64,000 bases of DNA from Selaginella moellendorffii. Its lineage: Eukaryota; Plantae; Lycopodiophyta. This document shows, one piece after another, positions 11,747 through 22,462 of this stretch (position 1 is its first letter; every line of letters begins with the position of its first letter). A program made the translations under genes and the position numbers. The notes beneath the pieces are model-generated. The model was not told the origin of the DNA, did no database searches, and saw nothing but the letters and a program-made list of their open reading frames with translations. Where the stretch lies: the NCBI RefSeq assembly GCF_000143415.4, contig NW_003314376.1, positions 208,844 through 272,843 on the forward strand. The letters run 5' to 3'.

Positions 11747-14013
11747 TGTGAGGGCCTAGTGTACGGCTACGATGCCGTATACTAATATTAGCATAGTGGG
11801 ATTTTGGTAGCCGTCAGATTGCTTTTAATTTGGACCACTCGCTCTTATATATAAGCTAGGATCTTTTGGGCTAATGGATATGCACATTTCTATATTCCCT
11901 TTCCATATCCCAAACACTCACATTGGTGGAGATGAGGGGCACTTTTGATTGTCCCTAAGGAGTGCTTAAATTTGGGATTTTGGTTTAGATCTAGCTTTTG
12001 CATTGTCTAGATCTAGCTTTTTCCATTTCCTTTCTTTTGTTCTTTCTTTTTAGGATTTTGGTTTAGATCTAGCTTTTTACATTGTCTAGATCTACCATTT
12101 CCTTCTAACTTTTTGTCATTTCTCTTCTTTTGCTCTTTCTTTTTCATTCGACAAGGGCGAGGACGTGGTCGTGGCTGTGATGTTCACTGTTGGGCATGTG
12201 ATGAAGTTGGTTATATCTCGAGTTTAAGTTGCAGTCATTGCGGGTGGTGCCGAGTCAAGTTTTTGACCTCATTCTTGGTATGGATTGGTTGCAGCGCAAT
12301 CATGCTAAGTGTGATTTTGAAGTTTCTCCCCCTTGTCTCATATTTCCTTATGTTTCATCCATTCCTCTCACTTCTGTACCTCTTTGTCCCTTTATTTTTA
12401 CCTCTGCTTCCATTACTTTTGTTTCCCCACTATTTCCTCCTATGTTTCCATCTTGTTCTGCTCTTCCCTTTTCAGATCCCTCCGACGATCTTTGTGTTGC
12501 AGCGGTGGACCGGCTCATGAAGGAGTATTCTGATCTCTTTGAATTTGACTTATTGTCTGGGGCCAAGATTGCCACACGTCATCCAATTCCAACCAGGGAT
12601 GCTTGTCCAATCAAGGTTCCCGTTCGTTGTCGGTCACCCAAGGAGATCAAGATTTTACGTGCAAATGTCAAGGAGATGTTGGAGAAGGGTGTTATTCGGA
12701 AGTCGTGGAGTCCTTGGGCATGTGAACCTCATCTTGTGACAAAGCCTGATGGGAGTATTCATTTCTGCATCGACTATCGTCCATTAAACAAAGAGACGAT
12801 CCCAGATGTGTATCCTCTTCCTCACACTGCTGATCTCTTGGATCGTCTGGGGCGAAGTTGTTAGTTCACCAAGCTAGATCTTGCTTCTGGGTACTGGCAA
12901 GTACCGATGGCCGAAGAAGATATTCATAAGACTGCTTTTCATACACCATTTGGTTTGTACGAGTTCTTGGATTTGCCGTTTGGTTTGAACAATGCTCCAG
13001 CAACCTTCCAGCGGATGCTGGACAAGGTTCTTTGCGATATGCCGGAGGTGACTGTTGACTTCATTGATGATGTCTTGATCCACTCGGAGGGGACATGGGA
13101 GGAACATTTGTGATGTTTGTAAAGTGTTGGATCGGCTACACGATGTTGGTTTAAAGCTGAATCAGACAAAGTGCATGTTTGGGTCCAAGGATACAACTTA
13201 TCTTCGGTACTATATTTCTCGTGAGGGTTTGCAAGTTGATCCTGACAAACTTGTGGTTGTTCTAAAGTTCCCTACTCCGAAGTGTGTGAATGATGTGTAG
13301 CGCTTCTTGGGCAAGGTGTAGTATCTTGGTCGTTTTGTGGATCATCTTTCTAATCGCATTGCACCATTGCGAGCGTTGCTGAAGTCGTCAACATCATCTT
13401 TCATCTGGTCTTTAGATTATAAGCGGGCGTTCGAGGATCTCAAAGAGCTATTGATGACTCTTCCGATTTTGGCATATCCTGACTACACTCGACCTTTTAT
13501 TTTGCGCGTGGATGCTTCTAACATTGGTCTTGGAGGTGTGTTGATGCAAGAGAGCTCGAGTATGCCTAGTTAGCACCATCCCATTGCATATATAAGCCAT
13601 ACGTTACAACCAGCGGAAATGAACTACTCCATGACAGAGAAGGAGTGTTTAGCAGCAGTTTGGGGTTTTGAGAAACTTCATGCATATTTACATGGTTCTC
13701 AGACGTTACTTGAAGGTGATCATGCTGTTGTTACGTCATTATTGAAGCGGAAGAACCTGGTTGGTCGTACTGCTCGATGGGCTTTGAAGCTTCAGATCTA
13801 TGATTTTGATGTTGTTCATCGCCCAGGGAGTTCTTTGGCTAATGCTCATGCCCTTTCTTGAGCTCCTTTTCCTTCTACATTCTCTTCTTATGTTTCTGAC
13901 GAGCCTGTTGTTCCAGCCTCTGTGAATTTTCTACACGAGGATTTTGTGCCGTCGGCGGTTGCTGTACTTGACATTCAGTATCCACAAGGCACAAAGCAAG
14001 ATCTACCTTCTCT
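11747..14013 (+). mobile_element. Ty3/gypsy copy (same family): 5' LTR 11747-11922, PBS, gag mostly deleted, PR-RT-RH remnants, 3' truncated
   Basis: LTR TGTGAGGGCC...CACTCACA; PBS TGGTGGAGATG at 11924-11934; DLILGMDWL, PFGLNNAPATFQ, FIDD, TEKEC; inserted after GTAC relative to the empty site near 22360. Confidence 0.92.
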
Positions 14014-14194
14014 GTCAAGATTTCTCTTCCAGATCTGCGAGTGGAGCCTCTTCACCTAAGTCGCCCCGTGCCTTGAGCACCACCACGAAAGTCTAAGCGT
14101 TTGGCTGCTGGCTTGCTCATAGCACTCGAGAGCAAAGGTTGTTCTCGGTGTATCCCAGGAAAGGATGTTTTGCTCAGCATTTGGAGGTAGGCCA

Positions 14195-14904
14195 GTGAGT
14201 GCTTGGAATATGGAAAGGAAATACAAAAATGTGCATATTAATTAGCCCAAAAACCCTAGCTTATATACAGGAGCGAGTGGTCCAAATTGAAACCAATCCG
14301 ACGGTTACCAAAATCCCACTACGCTAATATTAGTATACGGCATCGTAACCGTACACTTGGCACTCACATCATCCCCTCCTCTCGGGATAATGGAAGACCA
14401 TCAGGGTTCTCTTGAAGATGGGCCGGGATCCGGAGGAACATCATGCTGAACCTGAGGAGGAGGCATCGGTGGATCTGTAGGTGGTATTAACTCCTCCTGA
14501 TCCCTTTGTATGAAGCGTTTTAGCCATTGCACATGCACAATCTCTGGAGGATCAGCCTGCTGAACGTCATGCCAAACCTCATAAACTTGTGGTCCAATTT
14601 GTCACAACACTCGATATGGTCCTTTCCATTGCGCAAGAAGCCCCTTAGATAAACCATGTACCGTAAGATGGGGAAAACGGACTAACACCAAATCGTTCAC
14701 TTTGTACTTCACAGGTAGACAATGATAGGAGTTGTAGCGCCATTGTTGTCCCACTTGTACGCAGCCTAAGTGTTCAGTAGACTCCGCTCGGACAAGTGGA
14801 AGAATGCTTGTCAAATACTGATCCCATGATTTAGCATTGGCAGCACGTGGCAATCACGAATTTAAACCCAGCTCCGTTGGTAATATTGGATCATGACTAT
14901 ATAT
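14195..14904 (-). mobile_element. Ty3/gypsy 3' fragment: 3' LTR 14195-14368, PPT, integrase C-terminus; interrupted by the TIR element
   Basis: LTR matches 2311-2485; WKGPYRV; homology stops at the TIR at 14905. Confidence 0.9.
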
Positions 14905-15514
14905 GCTCTATTTCGTTAAAGTGGGATTTATTCAGTAAAATAGGACTAGGTACAAATTTTCAAGTATTTGAAAATGACGTGAAATTATATGTTTTTTGTC
15001 CAGGGGCTAGACATATCTGGGGCATAGTGACTAGCGCGGTGACTTTGTGTCCAGACTGAGTCCATCTGGTTGTATAATAAATCTCATTGTCAAGGTGAAC
15101 AAGCCGAATCTGAAGCTAAAGAAGAGCGATGGCATGCGCGCACACACTATTTGTTTGTTCATTGAGCATGTGGTGAGCTTTCCAAGATGAACGTCATTCC
15201 TATTAGCCAGACATATAACTCAATGGTGAGAACATTTAGATATTATTCAATGTTATCTTTTTCTAACGAATCTAATTGTGAAGGTGTAGCAAGAGGCATT
15301 GCTAGTCTGGAGAAGTCATTTAACTCATTTGACCCTTAGTGTATTTTCATGAAACTAAATAACATTCATATTATTAAGGAATTTCTCTAGTACCTTTTCT
15401 TTACAACATAGAGGCTTGCATTTCTTTCAAAGGTGATTTAGTAAAAGGCCTGAGGGCACATGCCATTCTATTTCTCAGACCGCTATTAAGATATACTAGT
15501 GCAAAGGGAAAAAA

Positions 15515-16309
15515 GTGCTGCTCGCTACATGTCTCGACAAACCTCTTGAAGATTGCCTCTCCATATACAACATGACCCTTGGTTTTGTGAGTACCGTCGT
15601 TCCCATGGACTGCCTGTTGACTTTGTTCCTCGAACTCAGTTTTGATTCTATAGAATGTGGTTTGAGGGACTCCATAAATGATTCTCCATGCCTTCATGCA
15701 GACCAAACCCCTCTGGAAGACCATGCCCCCCACCTGATGTTCTAAAGCATCAACAGATGACCGTAATGCCTCATACACAAAATTGCGAGCTGCCTTCTAG
15801 GACAATGTTTTGTATCTTGCTCTCTCCTCTTCAATAGCATCCCAATCAGCATGTTGACAGCACCTCCTTTTGCAACAAGCAACTGTCGAGACCATTCGAA
15901 CCTCCATCGCCATTTTCTACCTTTTCGGTTCGTTGCTTAGATCCCTTTGGCTGTGCTTTAGGAAGGTGTACTTTCTTTTCCCATGAAGAGATGTTCTGTC
16001 ATCAGTTGTAGTGGTGTTTGATTGTGAATCCTTCACATTCTCAAACACTAAGTGCCTCAATTTCCACCGCACAATGCTTCCAATAGTCAGACTATTTTCT
16101 TCTGTGTCAACAACCTCTAAAATCGCAACTCCAATATCATCCCAGCCCAATTCTTGATTAGCAACCGCATCTCTTGGATCGACAACTGTGGCTAAGCCCT
16201 CAGCTACCACCTCCCCCTCGGGGTTGTTTAGAAACACCTTTGCCTGAATCCATGTAGCACGGTTCTTAAGATCCACGGAGGGAACATGCGTCGCACTTGC
16301 GGAGGCCAT
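15515..16309 (-). pseudogene. Transposase N-terminal remnant: TNP1/En-Spm(DUF8039)-like segment followed by a Cys-rich Sola/DUF7869-like segment
   Basis: ORFs 15917-16309 and 15401-15778 share one frame with two TAG stops between; EVVAEG..DP..LG.D..V..GSIVRW then CCKRRCC...VCMKAWRIIYGVPQTTFYRIK...HGNDG; no catalytic core seen. Confidence 0.6.
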
Positions 16310-16677
16310 TCTGAAAGTGTAGAAAAGAAGTTAAGACCATATAAAAAATGATTGGAGAATGGCCTAAATCATAACATACCAAACAACCTCAATAGCATGA
16401 GGCCACATGCCATTATTCAAACATGCTATTGACACCCATGTGAAATTTTGCATTCACAAAATTGGCATGAGGCCTCATGCCATCTTGATATACACACAGC
16501 TGCAGGCAAGTAAAAACATACATGACAATACGCTAGCCATGAAATTGCAAGGGCCCAAGATGGCATGTGGCCTCATGCCATTTCTAAATGTGGTCCTAAG
16601 CCATTCCATGGTGAACATACTAGGAAGCACAAGTGCCGAATATCAAGAGGAAGCGGTAGCCACACCAAAGACAGTGC

Positions 16678-16810
16678 CACTCGCAACACCGCAACTACTC
16701 ATAGCGCTGCTCGCAACACCGCAACTGCTCGTAGCGCCGCTCGCACAAGCTGCCACTCGCATAAACTGCCGCTCGCAATGGCGCTCGCAATGCCGCAACC
16801 GCTCGTAGAC
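16678..16810. repeat. GC-rich ~30-bp tandem repeat (GCTCGCAACACCGCAACTGCTCGTAGCGCC-like) decaying into GCTCGCA units
   Basis: Two clear 30-bp units then degenerate units. Confidence 0.7.
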
Positions 16811-16929
16811 GCATAAACCATAGCTCACAACACCGCTTACACAAGCAGCGCTCACTATGCTCAGCGGAACCAAGAACACGGCGCACAAAAATGATAGACC
16901 TAGTAATGAATTCGAGAATTCAAAAATAA

Positions 16930-18852
16930 CACACGCTTGAACGTCACATCAAATCCTTTGACAAACCAGATCTTATGATTCCTCTGACAAATTTCAAACT
17001 GAGTAGCTTCTAGACTTTGCTGTCGGAGGTTGAACTTTGTCACATCATGTCCTTGCCTCGATCCAGCTGTGCCATGTCAGTGATTCGAACTTTGCCATGC
17101 CATGTCAGCGATCCGCGCCAAGATTATTCGCCGTGTAAAGGAATAATTATGCTGTGTGTGTACGTCCATTTATGGCAATATAAGGCCACACGCCATTCAA
17201 AGAATAATGCTAGTCGAGCATTTTTTGGTGCATTTTTGGGTTCAAAATTGCATGAGCCCACACGCTATAAAGTTTACCTATACCAAAAATAGAAACAGCT
17301 TTATTTACTTGGGAATTTAAGTGGTTGAGGCATTTTTAAACTTACAAACACATGCCCTACTTACATTCCTTTTGTTGCTTAAAATTCAAAAATATTATAA
17401 ACCTTTCTTTTTGCATTTTCAATGTTTTCAATTATGGTTTTTGATTTTCGCAGGACCAGCCTAGTAATCTATTTGCATCCCGTCATGTTTATAGCTAGCT
17501 TTCGTTTGTCCCCTTCGCTAGCCTGAGATACATCTGCTCGGCATCTGCATCTTACAGCATTTGCCCAGAAAGGGCATCTTTCTTCACGCAGAATTTGCCA
17601 CATGTTTAGGGTTTAGGGTTTAGGGTTTAGCAATTCAGTAGCTTGATAAACATGCAAATACAGAACTTGATGCAAAATCCTTTGATATGTCACAATGCCC
17701 CTAGGACCATAAACACATTTCAATAGAAAGGGTCCTTTCATTTCATAACTCCTTACGTAGATCTTGGTGAAACCGGAGTTAGTGAAGTTAGTTTCTTGTG
17801 ATCCCGCATCTGATTGTGATGTCCCTTTGCAGTGTCGATGGAAAGGTCAATGCACACCAAACTGTAAAATCTTGGAGCAAAATAACGGTCAGATCTATGG
17901 CAAATGCCCCTGAAACATTGTAAGGCTCGTGTGGTCTCATGTGGTGTCCGATCGAGATGCTTCTTTGCAGGGTCATCAAGAAGGACATTGTATACCATTC
18001 TGTAAAATCTAGTTGCGATCTAACGGTTGGATCTCCAGAAAACTCAAAACAATCTCGCGCGTGTCAGAATATTCTAGGAATATACTCCTATGTGCCCTTG
18101 AAAATGGCATGCGGCCCCACGCCATTCAAGAGATAACGCTAGATGACGCCGAGCATTTTTTGGTGCATTTTTTGGGATCAAAATTGCATGAGCCCACACG
18201 CTTGAACGTCACATCAAATCCTCTGACAAACCAGATCTTATAATTCCTCTGACAAATTTCAAACTAAGTAGCTTCTAGACTTTGCTGTCGGACGTTGAAC
18301 TTTGTCACATCATGTCCTTGCCTCGATCCAGCTGTGCCATGTCAGTGATTCGAACTTTGCTATGCCATGTCAGCGATCTGTGCCAAGATTATTCGCCGTG
18401 TAACTGCTCGGCATCTGCCTCTTACAGCATTTGCCCAGAAAGGGCATCTGTCTTCACGCAGCATTTGCCACATGTTTAGGGTTTAGGGTTTAGCAATTCA
18501 ATAGCTTGATAAACATGCAAATACAGAACTTGATGCAAAATCCTTTGATATGTCAGGACCATAAACACATTTCAATAGAGAGGGTCCTTTCATTTCATAA
18601 CTCCTTACGTAGATCTTGGTGAAACCAGAGTTAGTGAAGTTGGTTTCTTGTGATCCTGCATCTGATTGTGATGTCCCTTTGCAGTGTCGATGGAAAGGTC
18701 AATGCACACCAAACTGTAGAATCTTGGAGCAAAATAACGGTCAGATCTATGGCAAATGCCCCTGAAACATTGCAAAGCTCGTGTGGTCTCATGTGGTGTC
18801 CGATCGAGATGCTTCTTTGCAGGGTCATCAAGAAGGACATTGTATACCATTC
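16930..18852. repeat. Internal direct duplication in the TIR element (16930-17138 and 17534-18000 repeated at 18195-18852; 17183-17265 repeated at 18113-18200)
   Basis: Near-identical sequence and ORF translations (MLSEVELCHIMSLPRSS, MVYNVLLDDPAKKH). Confidence 0.9.
17605..17630. repeat. Short interstitial plant telomeric tract (TTTAGGG)3+; second tract 18475-18493
   Basis: tttagggtttagggtttagggtttag. Confidence 0.85.
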
Positions 18853-19662
18853 TTTATTTAGCTGAACATTTGGCATTTTTGGAAATACAAGATGCTTTGG
18901 AATATCCAATCATGCATGGTATAAATATAGCGAGGGTATTAAATGATATCCCAATCATGATCTTTCTTTTGGATTTCGCGTGCATGCAGTCCGAGGAATG
19001 ATGACATTGCGGATTTCTTTTGGATTTCACGTGCATGCATGCGCGCGGCGATCCAGAAATTAATGGTGGCGCCCAAGTCCGAGGAATGATGACGTTGCGG
19101 GATTACCAACCGTCGTGACATTTCGCGCGTGTGAGGTTAGGTTTTGCATTTTGCTTCGTACTCGCGCTCGCATCGCACTCCCACTCGCAATCACGCTCAC
19201 ATTCGCGCTCATCTACCTTCTCTACAGGTTTCTCGTGTGCATCGGCGTCCACTCGCGCTTGCATCGCGCTCGTGTGCATCGGCATCCACTTCAAGACACA
19301 CCCAGTTTGTAACTTCGCCGCCAACTCTGCCGCCCACTCCGCCACCCACATGCAGCCCACTTGGCGTCCCGGGAGATTTCAGCGCCACTCTCCAACTGTA
19401 AGTGGCAGAGTAGCCTTGCTGCTACGATCCGCTACACACACAGTGCACATTCGCCAGCAAGTCCGGCCTCGATTGTCACGCCTCCATTCGGCTTCAAATG
19501 GTAAGTCTTTTAGGCCAAGTAGAAAATGGCATGAGGCCACATGCCATTCAGTAGCAACATTGGCATGCACCGATTGGGCTCTCGAGTGCAGTCCGGTTAC
19601 AGATGGCGTGTAGCCTCACGCCATCTTAGGATGCAGCATCAAGACATCTGATGCAGTGGTGA

Positions 19663-20718
19663 ATGGCGTGTGGCCTCACGTTATTTCCAGCTGCTAGCTT
19701 TTCATCTGTCAGCTCTAATTGTTGTGCATTTCTGAACAGGCGAGGAATTGCGTTCTTCTTCCAGCCACTGTCAATGTGGATGCAGAGAAGGGGGAGGAGC
19801 TCAGGTTGGACTTTCGGGATGGAAGGCGAGGATCTGAGGCTGTACAACACAGATGGTGGGAGAAAAGAATGCATGGGGATCCTCATCCAAGTGACAGACA
19901 CTCCATGCAGTTCCATGCAAGAATATGGACTAGCACTTGTGGTAGAGACAACGTCCGCCTTCAAGATCCACCTTGCACATCCTAGTGGCTTCCCGGAGGG
20001 GGGCAGCAGCTATGAGGAATTCCTAGAGGGAGCTAGGGAGAGGTTGTCCAGGAGGCTCACAATTTCAAAGACGCTGCGGGTCTATGAAGATCACATGGAA
20101 TCCACGGACCTCACCTACGGCGATGTTCAAAAACTATATTCCAATATTGAGCCATTGAGAGTGCCTCTAGTTCACGAAGCGAAGGAAAAGGGGGTCGATC
20201 TGGAAACTACCCCGAAGCAGAAAAGGGTGGTCAAGCTCAAGCCGACGTCCGATTCTCCTGCTCCAAAAAAGAAGCTACTCGGTGATGCCATTGCCTCGGG
20301 TTCGAACACTACACGCACCAAAAAGAAGAGCCGCAAAGAGCAGAAAGAGCAAGAAGAGGCAGCAAAAATCGTTGCAGATAATAGTACTTGTTACTATTCC
20401 AACAAAGTATATACAATCGACGTGAGCCGTATCAACATCCAAAGCAAATACAACCACAGGCTAGTATCTGATGAGTGGGTGGAGAAACTGAAGCAGAAGA
20501 TGCTGGGAAGTCCAGTAACACCCGACATCGCAGACGTGATCCCCTACTACCAAACAATGAAGGGCGAGACGAGGTTTCCAGACTTGACCACTGAACATGA
20601 GCGTGGACGTATTAGAGAAGAGATGGCATTACTATTGGGTTTAAATCCTGATAGTGTGGAGAGTGATGAAATTCCAAGATTATTGTATAGGCGTTGGAGG
20701 CAAAAAATAACAGTCTGA
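19663..20718 (+). CDS. Transposon-borne ORF: Lys-rich linker followed by a ParB/Srx-like N-terminal segment; probably a spliced, truncated gene
   Basis: 351-codon open frame; KVYTIDVSRINIQSKYNHRLVSDEWVEKLKQKMLGSPVTPDIADVIP resembles the start of a ParB-type domain; candidate intron 19501-19739 (ATG|GTAAGT...AACAG). Confidence 0.5.
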   Translation: MACGLTLFPAASFSSVSSNCCAFLNRRGIAFFFQPLSMWMQRRGRSSGWTFGMEGEDLRLYNTDGGRKECMGILIQVTDTPCSSMQEYGLALVVETTSAFKIHLAHPSGFPEGGSSYEEFLEGARERLSRRLTISKTLRVYEDHMESTDLTYGDVQKLYSNIEPLRVPLVHEAKEKGVDLETTPKQKRVVKLKPTSDSPAPKKKLLGDAIASGSNTTRTKKKSRKEQKEQEEAAKIVADNSTCYYSNKVYTIDVSRINIQSKYNHRLVSDEWVEKLKQKMLGSPVTPDIADVIPYYQTMKGETRFPDLTTEHERGRIREEMALLLGLNPDSVESDEIPRLLYRRWRQKITV

Positions 20719-21837
20719 GATGGCATGTATTTATTTAAAAATGTAACTTATTATGGCATGGGGTTCCATGCCATTGTATTAATATTAAAAGACAATTCTT
20801 TGAGAGGATTTGCATTATACTAGAAGTGTTACAGCATGTTATTGGAAGTCTACGAAGTTGTTTTATTAATAAAGGGAAAGTAAAGATTGAATGGGGACTT
20901 GGGCTCCACCTAGACTCGGAGCAACTGAGCCAATATTAAAAGGATGGAAAGAAATTGGACGACGATGACAAGGAGAAGAGAGAGGTGAAGCAGTGGTAGG
21001 AGGAGGAGAAGTGATTGAGTAGACATTTCCTTGTTTAAAATAAAATGGCATGTGCCTCAATGCAGTTGAATTTTGTTATATTTATATACTATATAAAGGT
21101 TTGGAAACCTTATTTTACAAGTGGGATAATGACAATTCCCACTTTAACGAAATAGAGCTTCATCGCTCAATCACGAAATGCTCTCCACAGTATAGGTATG
21201 ATATTTCAAAAAGAGAAATGGATATCTTTCCAATCCTAATGTCCTACTTGCAGTGACACGCCACTTTGGATACTTTGAATAACGAAACTCTTTTTTTCCT
21301 CGTTTTTCAACTTAGAACTCATTGAATGTGATCATGGAGACACAAGCCATCAGCGTACACAAACTACTTCCCTACAGGAAACTGGAGAAAAGAAACACGA
21401 GATAAATATCTATCCATTGCTGTTTTGATAGTCTCACGGTGCCCAACCGAAAGCATGAGACTGATAGATGCAAAAATGCAAGTTGGATTATCTTTGTCAT
21501 GTAGATGGCATCCTTGTTGTCTTCACGCTCCTGCCTACCAGTCTTCTTTTTCTCGGCCGGTGGAGGTCTCTTATTATGGTTGCCTCTATTGCAGACACAA
21601 CATATCAAAGTAGTTTCATAATGTCAGAGGCAAAAGCAAAAGAATTAACCCATCTGGGTACTGGAATAAAAGCCAGTTTGCCACAGACGGTAGAGCAGCA
21701 ATCCAGTGACCCAACAGTGGAGGGAACTAGCACCATCCGGTTTTACTTCTTCATCGTGGATCCCTAGCTCCTCAAGTGGTCAACCATAGTCAACACCAGT
21801 AAAATCAGTCAAAACGCTTGGAATGATTGAAAATAGT

Positions 21838-21910
21838 TGGAGATGCCGGGTATCGATCCCGGTGCCTCTCGCATGCTAAGCAAGCGCTCTACCATCTGAG
21901 CTAAATCCCC
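21838..21910 (-). tRNA. tRNA-Ala(AGC); A and B boxes intact, one acceptor-stem mismatch
   Basis: GGGGATTTAGCTCAGATGGTAGAGCGCTTGCTTAGCATGCGAGAGGCACCGGGATCGATACCCGGCATCTCCA followed by TTTT. Confidence 0.88.
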
Positions 21911-22462
21911 TTAGAATAGAAACAAAAATGCAAAGCTTTTCTCTTCACCAGTCTAGTACTCATCTTTGGAGATTCCGGCGTCTTTTGTCACATTTCAAGA
22001 GTTTTTTGATTGATTCTATGGAGGAAAATACTCAAGGTCATGAGATCTCATCTTGGCAACGTCTTATTAAGTGCTCCAGGTTTAAGGCCGAGGGATTTGT
22101 GGAGCATACCCCTGAGAATCAAAAGAGATGCGTGTGGAATCCACAGGATGGGTTGCTTGATGCGTACTACAGGGCACTCCTTGCAAAGCTGGCAACCATG
22201 AAGAATGTTACTAATGCTTATAATAATAATACATATAGTAATAGTACAAACAAGAGGAGGAACAAGGCTAGTGAATTATTTTGCTTTGCAGTGTTATTCA
22301 AGATGGGTAGAAGCAATTGGTAAAACCAAGACAATATAAATCAATTGGTATGATCTTTAGTACCAAATAAATACTAATATTATTTGGTATTTTAATTTGC
22401 TTATTTAGAAGATTTTTAAAAATGAGTAACTTTACTTTTGCCTTTTTTACAAAATATCGAAA

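Larger units (their letters stand above)
15445..21064. repeat. Dispersed 22-bp palindrome family, consensus ATGGCRTGWGGCCWCAYGCCAT, ~11 copies
   Basis: Copies start at ~15445, 16392, 16462, 16560, 17172, 18104, 19526, 19603, 19663, 20753, 21045. Confidence 0.9.
14905..21158. mobile_element. 6.25-kb TIR DNA transposon, Sola/DUF7869-like, defective
   Basis: 22-bp perfect terminal inverted repeats GCTCTATTTCGTTAAAGTGGGA (14905-14926 and 21137-21158) coinciding with the homology breakpoints of both flanks; transposase-like remnant inside; left flank ATAT. Confidence 0.8.

Noticed and set aside
17605-18493. True telomere or chromosome-fusion scar
   Set aside because: Only 2-4 units, embedded in a duplicated segment inside a transposon
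20610-21020. Possible Ulp1-like protease or other exon remnants (…WRQKITV*D / ICIILEVLQHVIGSLRSCF…)
   Set aside because: Looks like decayed coding sequence, but no catalytic motif can be confirmed by eye
15445-21064. Palindromic repeats as a CRISPR array
   Set aside because: Spacing is irregular (40 bp to >1 kb), there are no cas genes, and the context is eukaryotic
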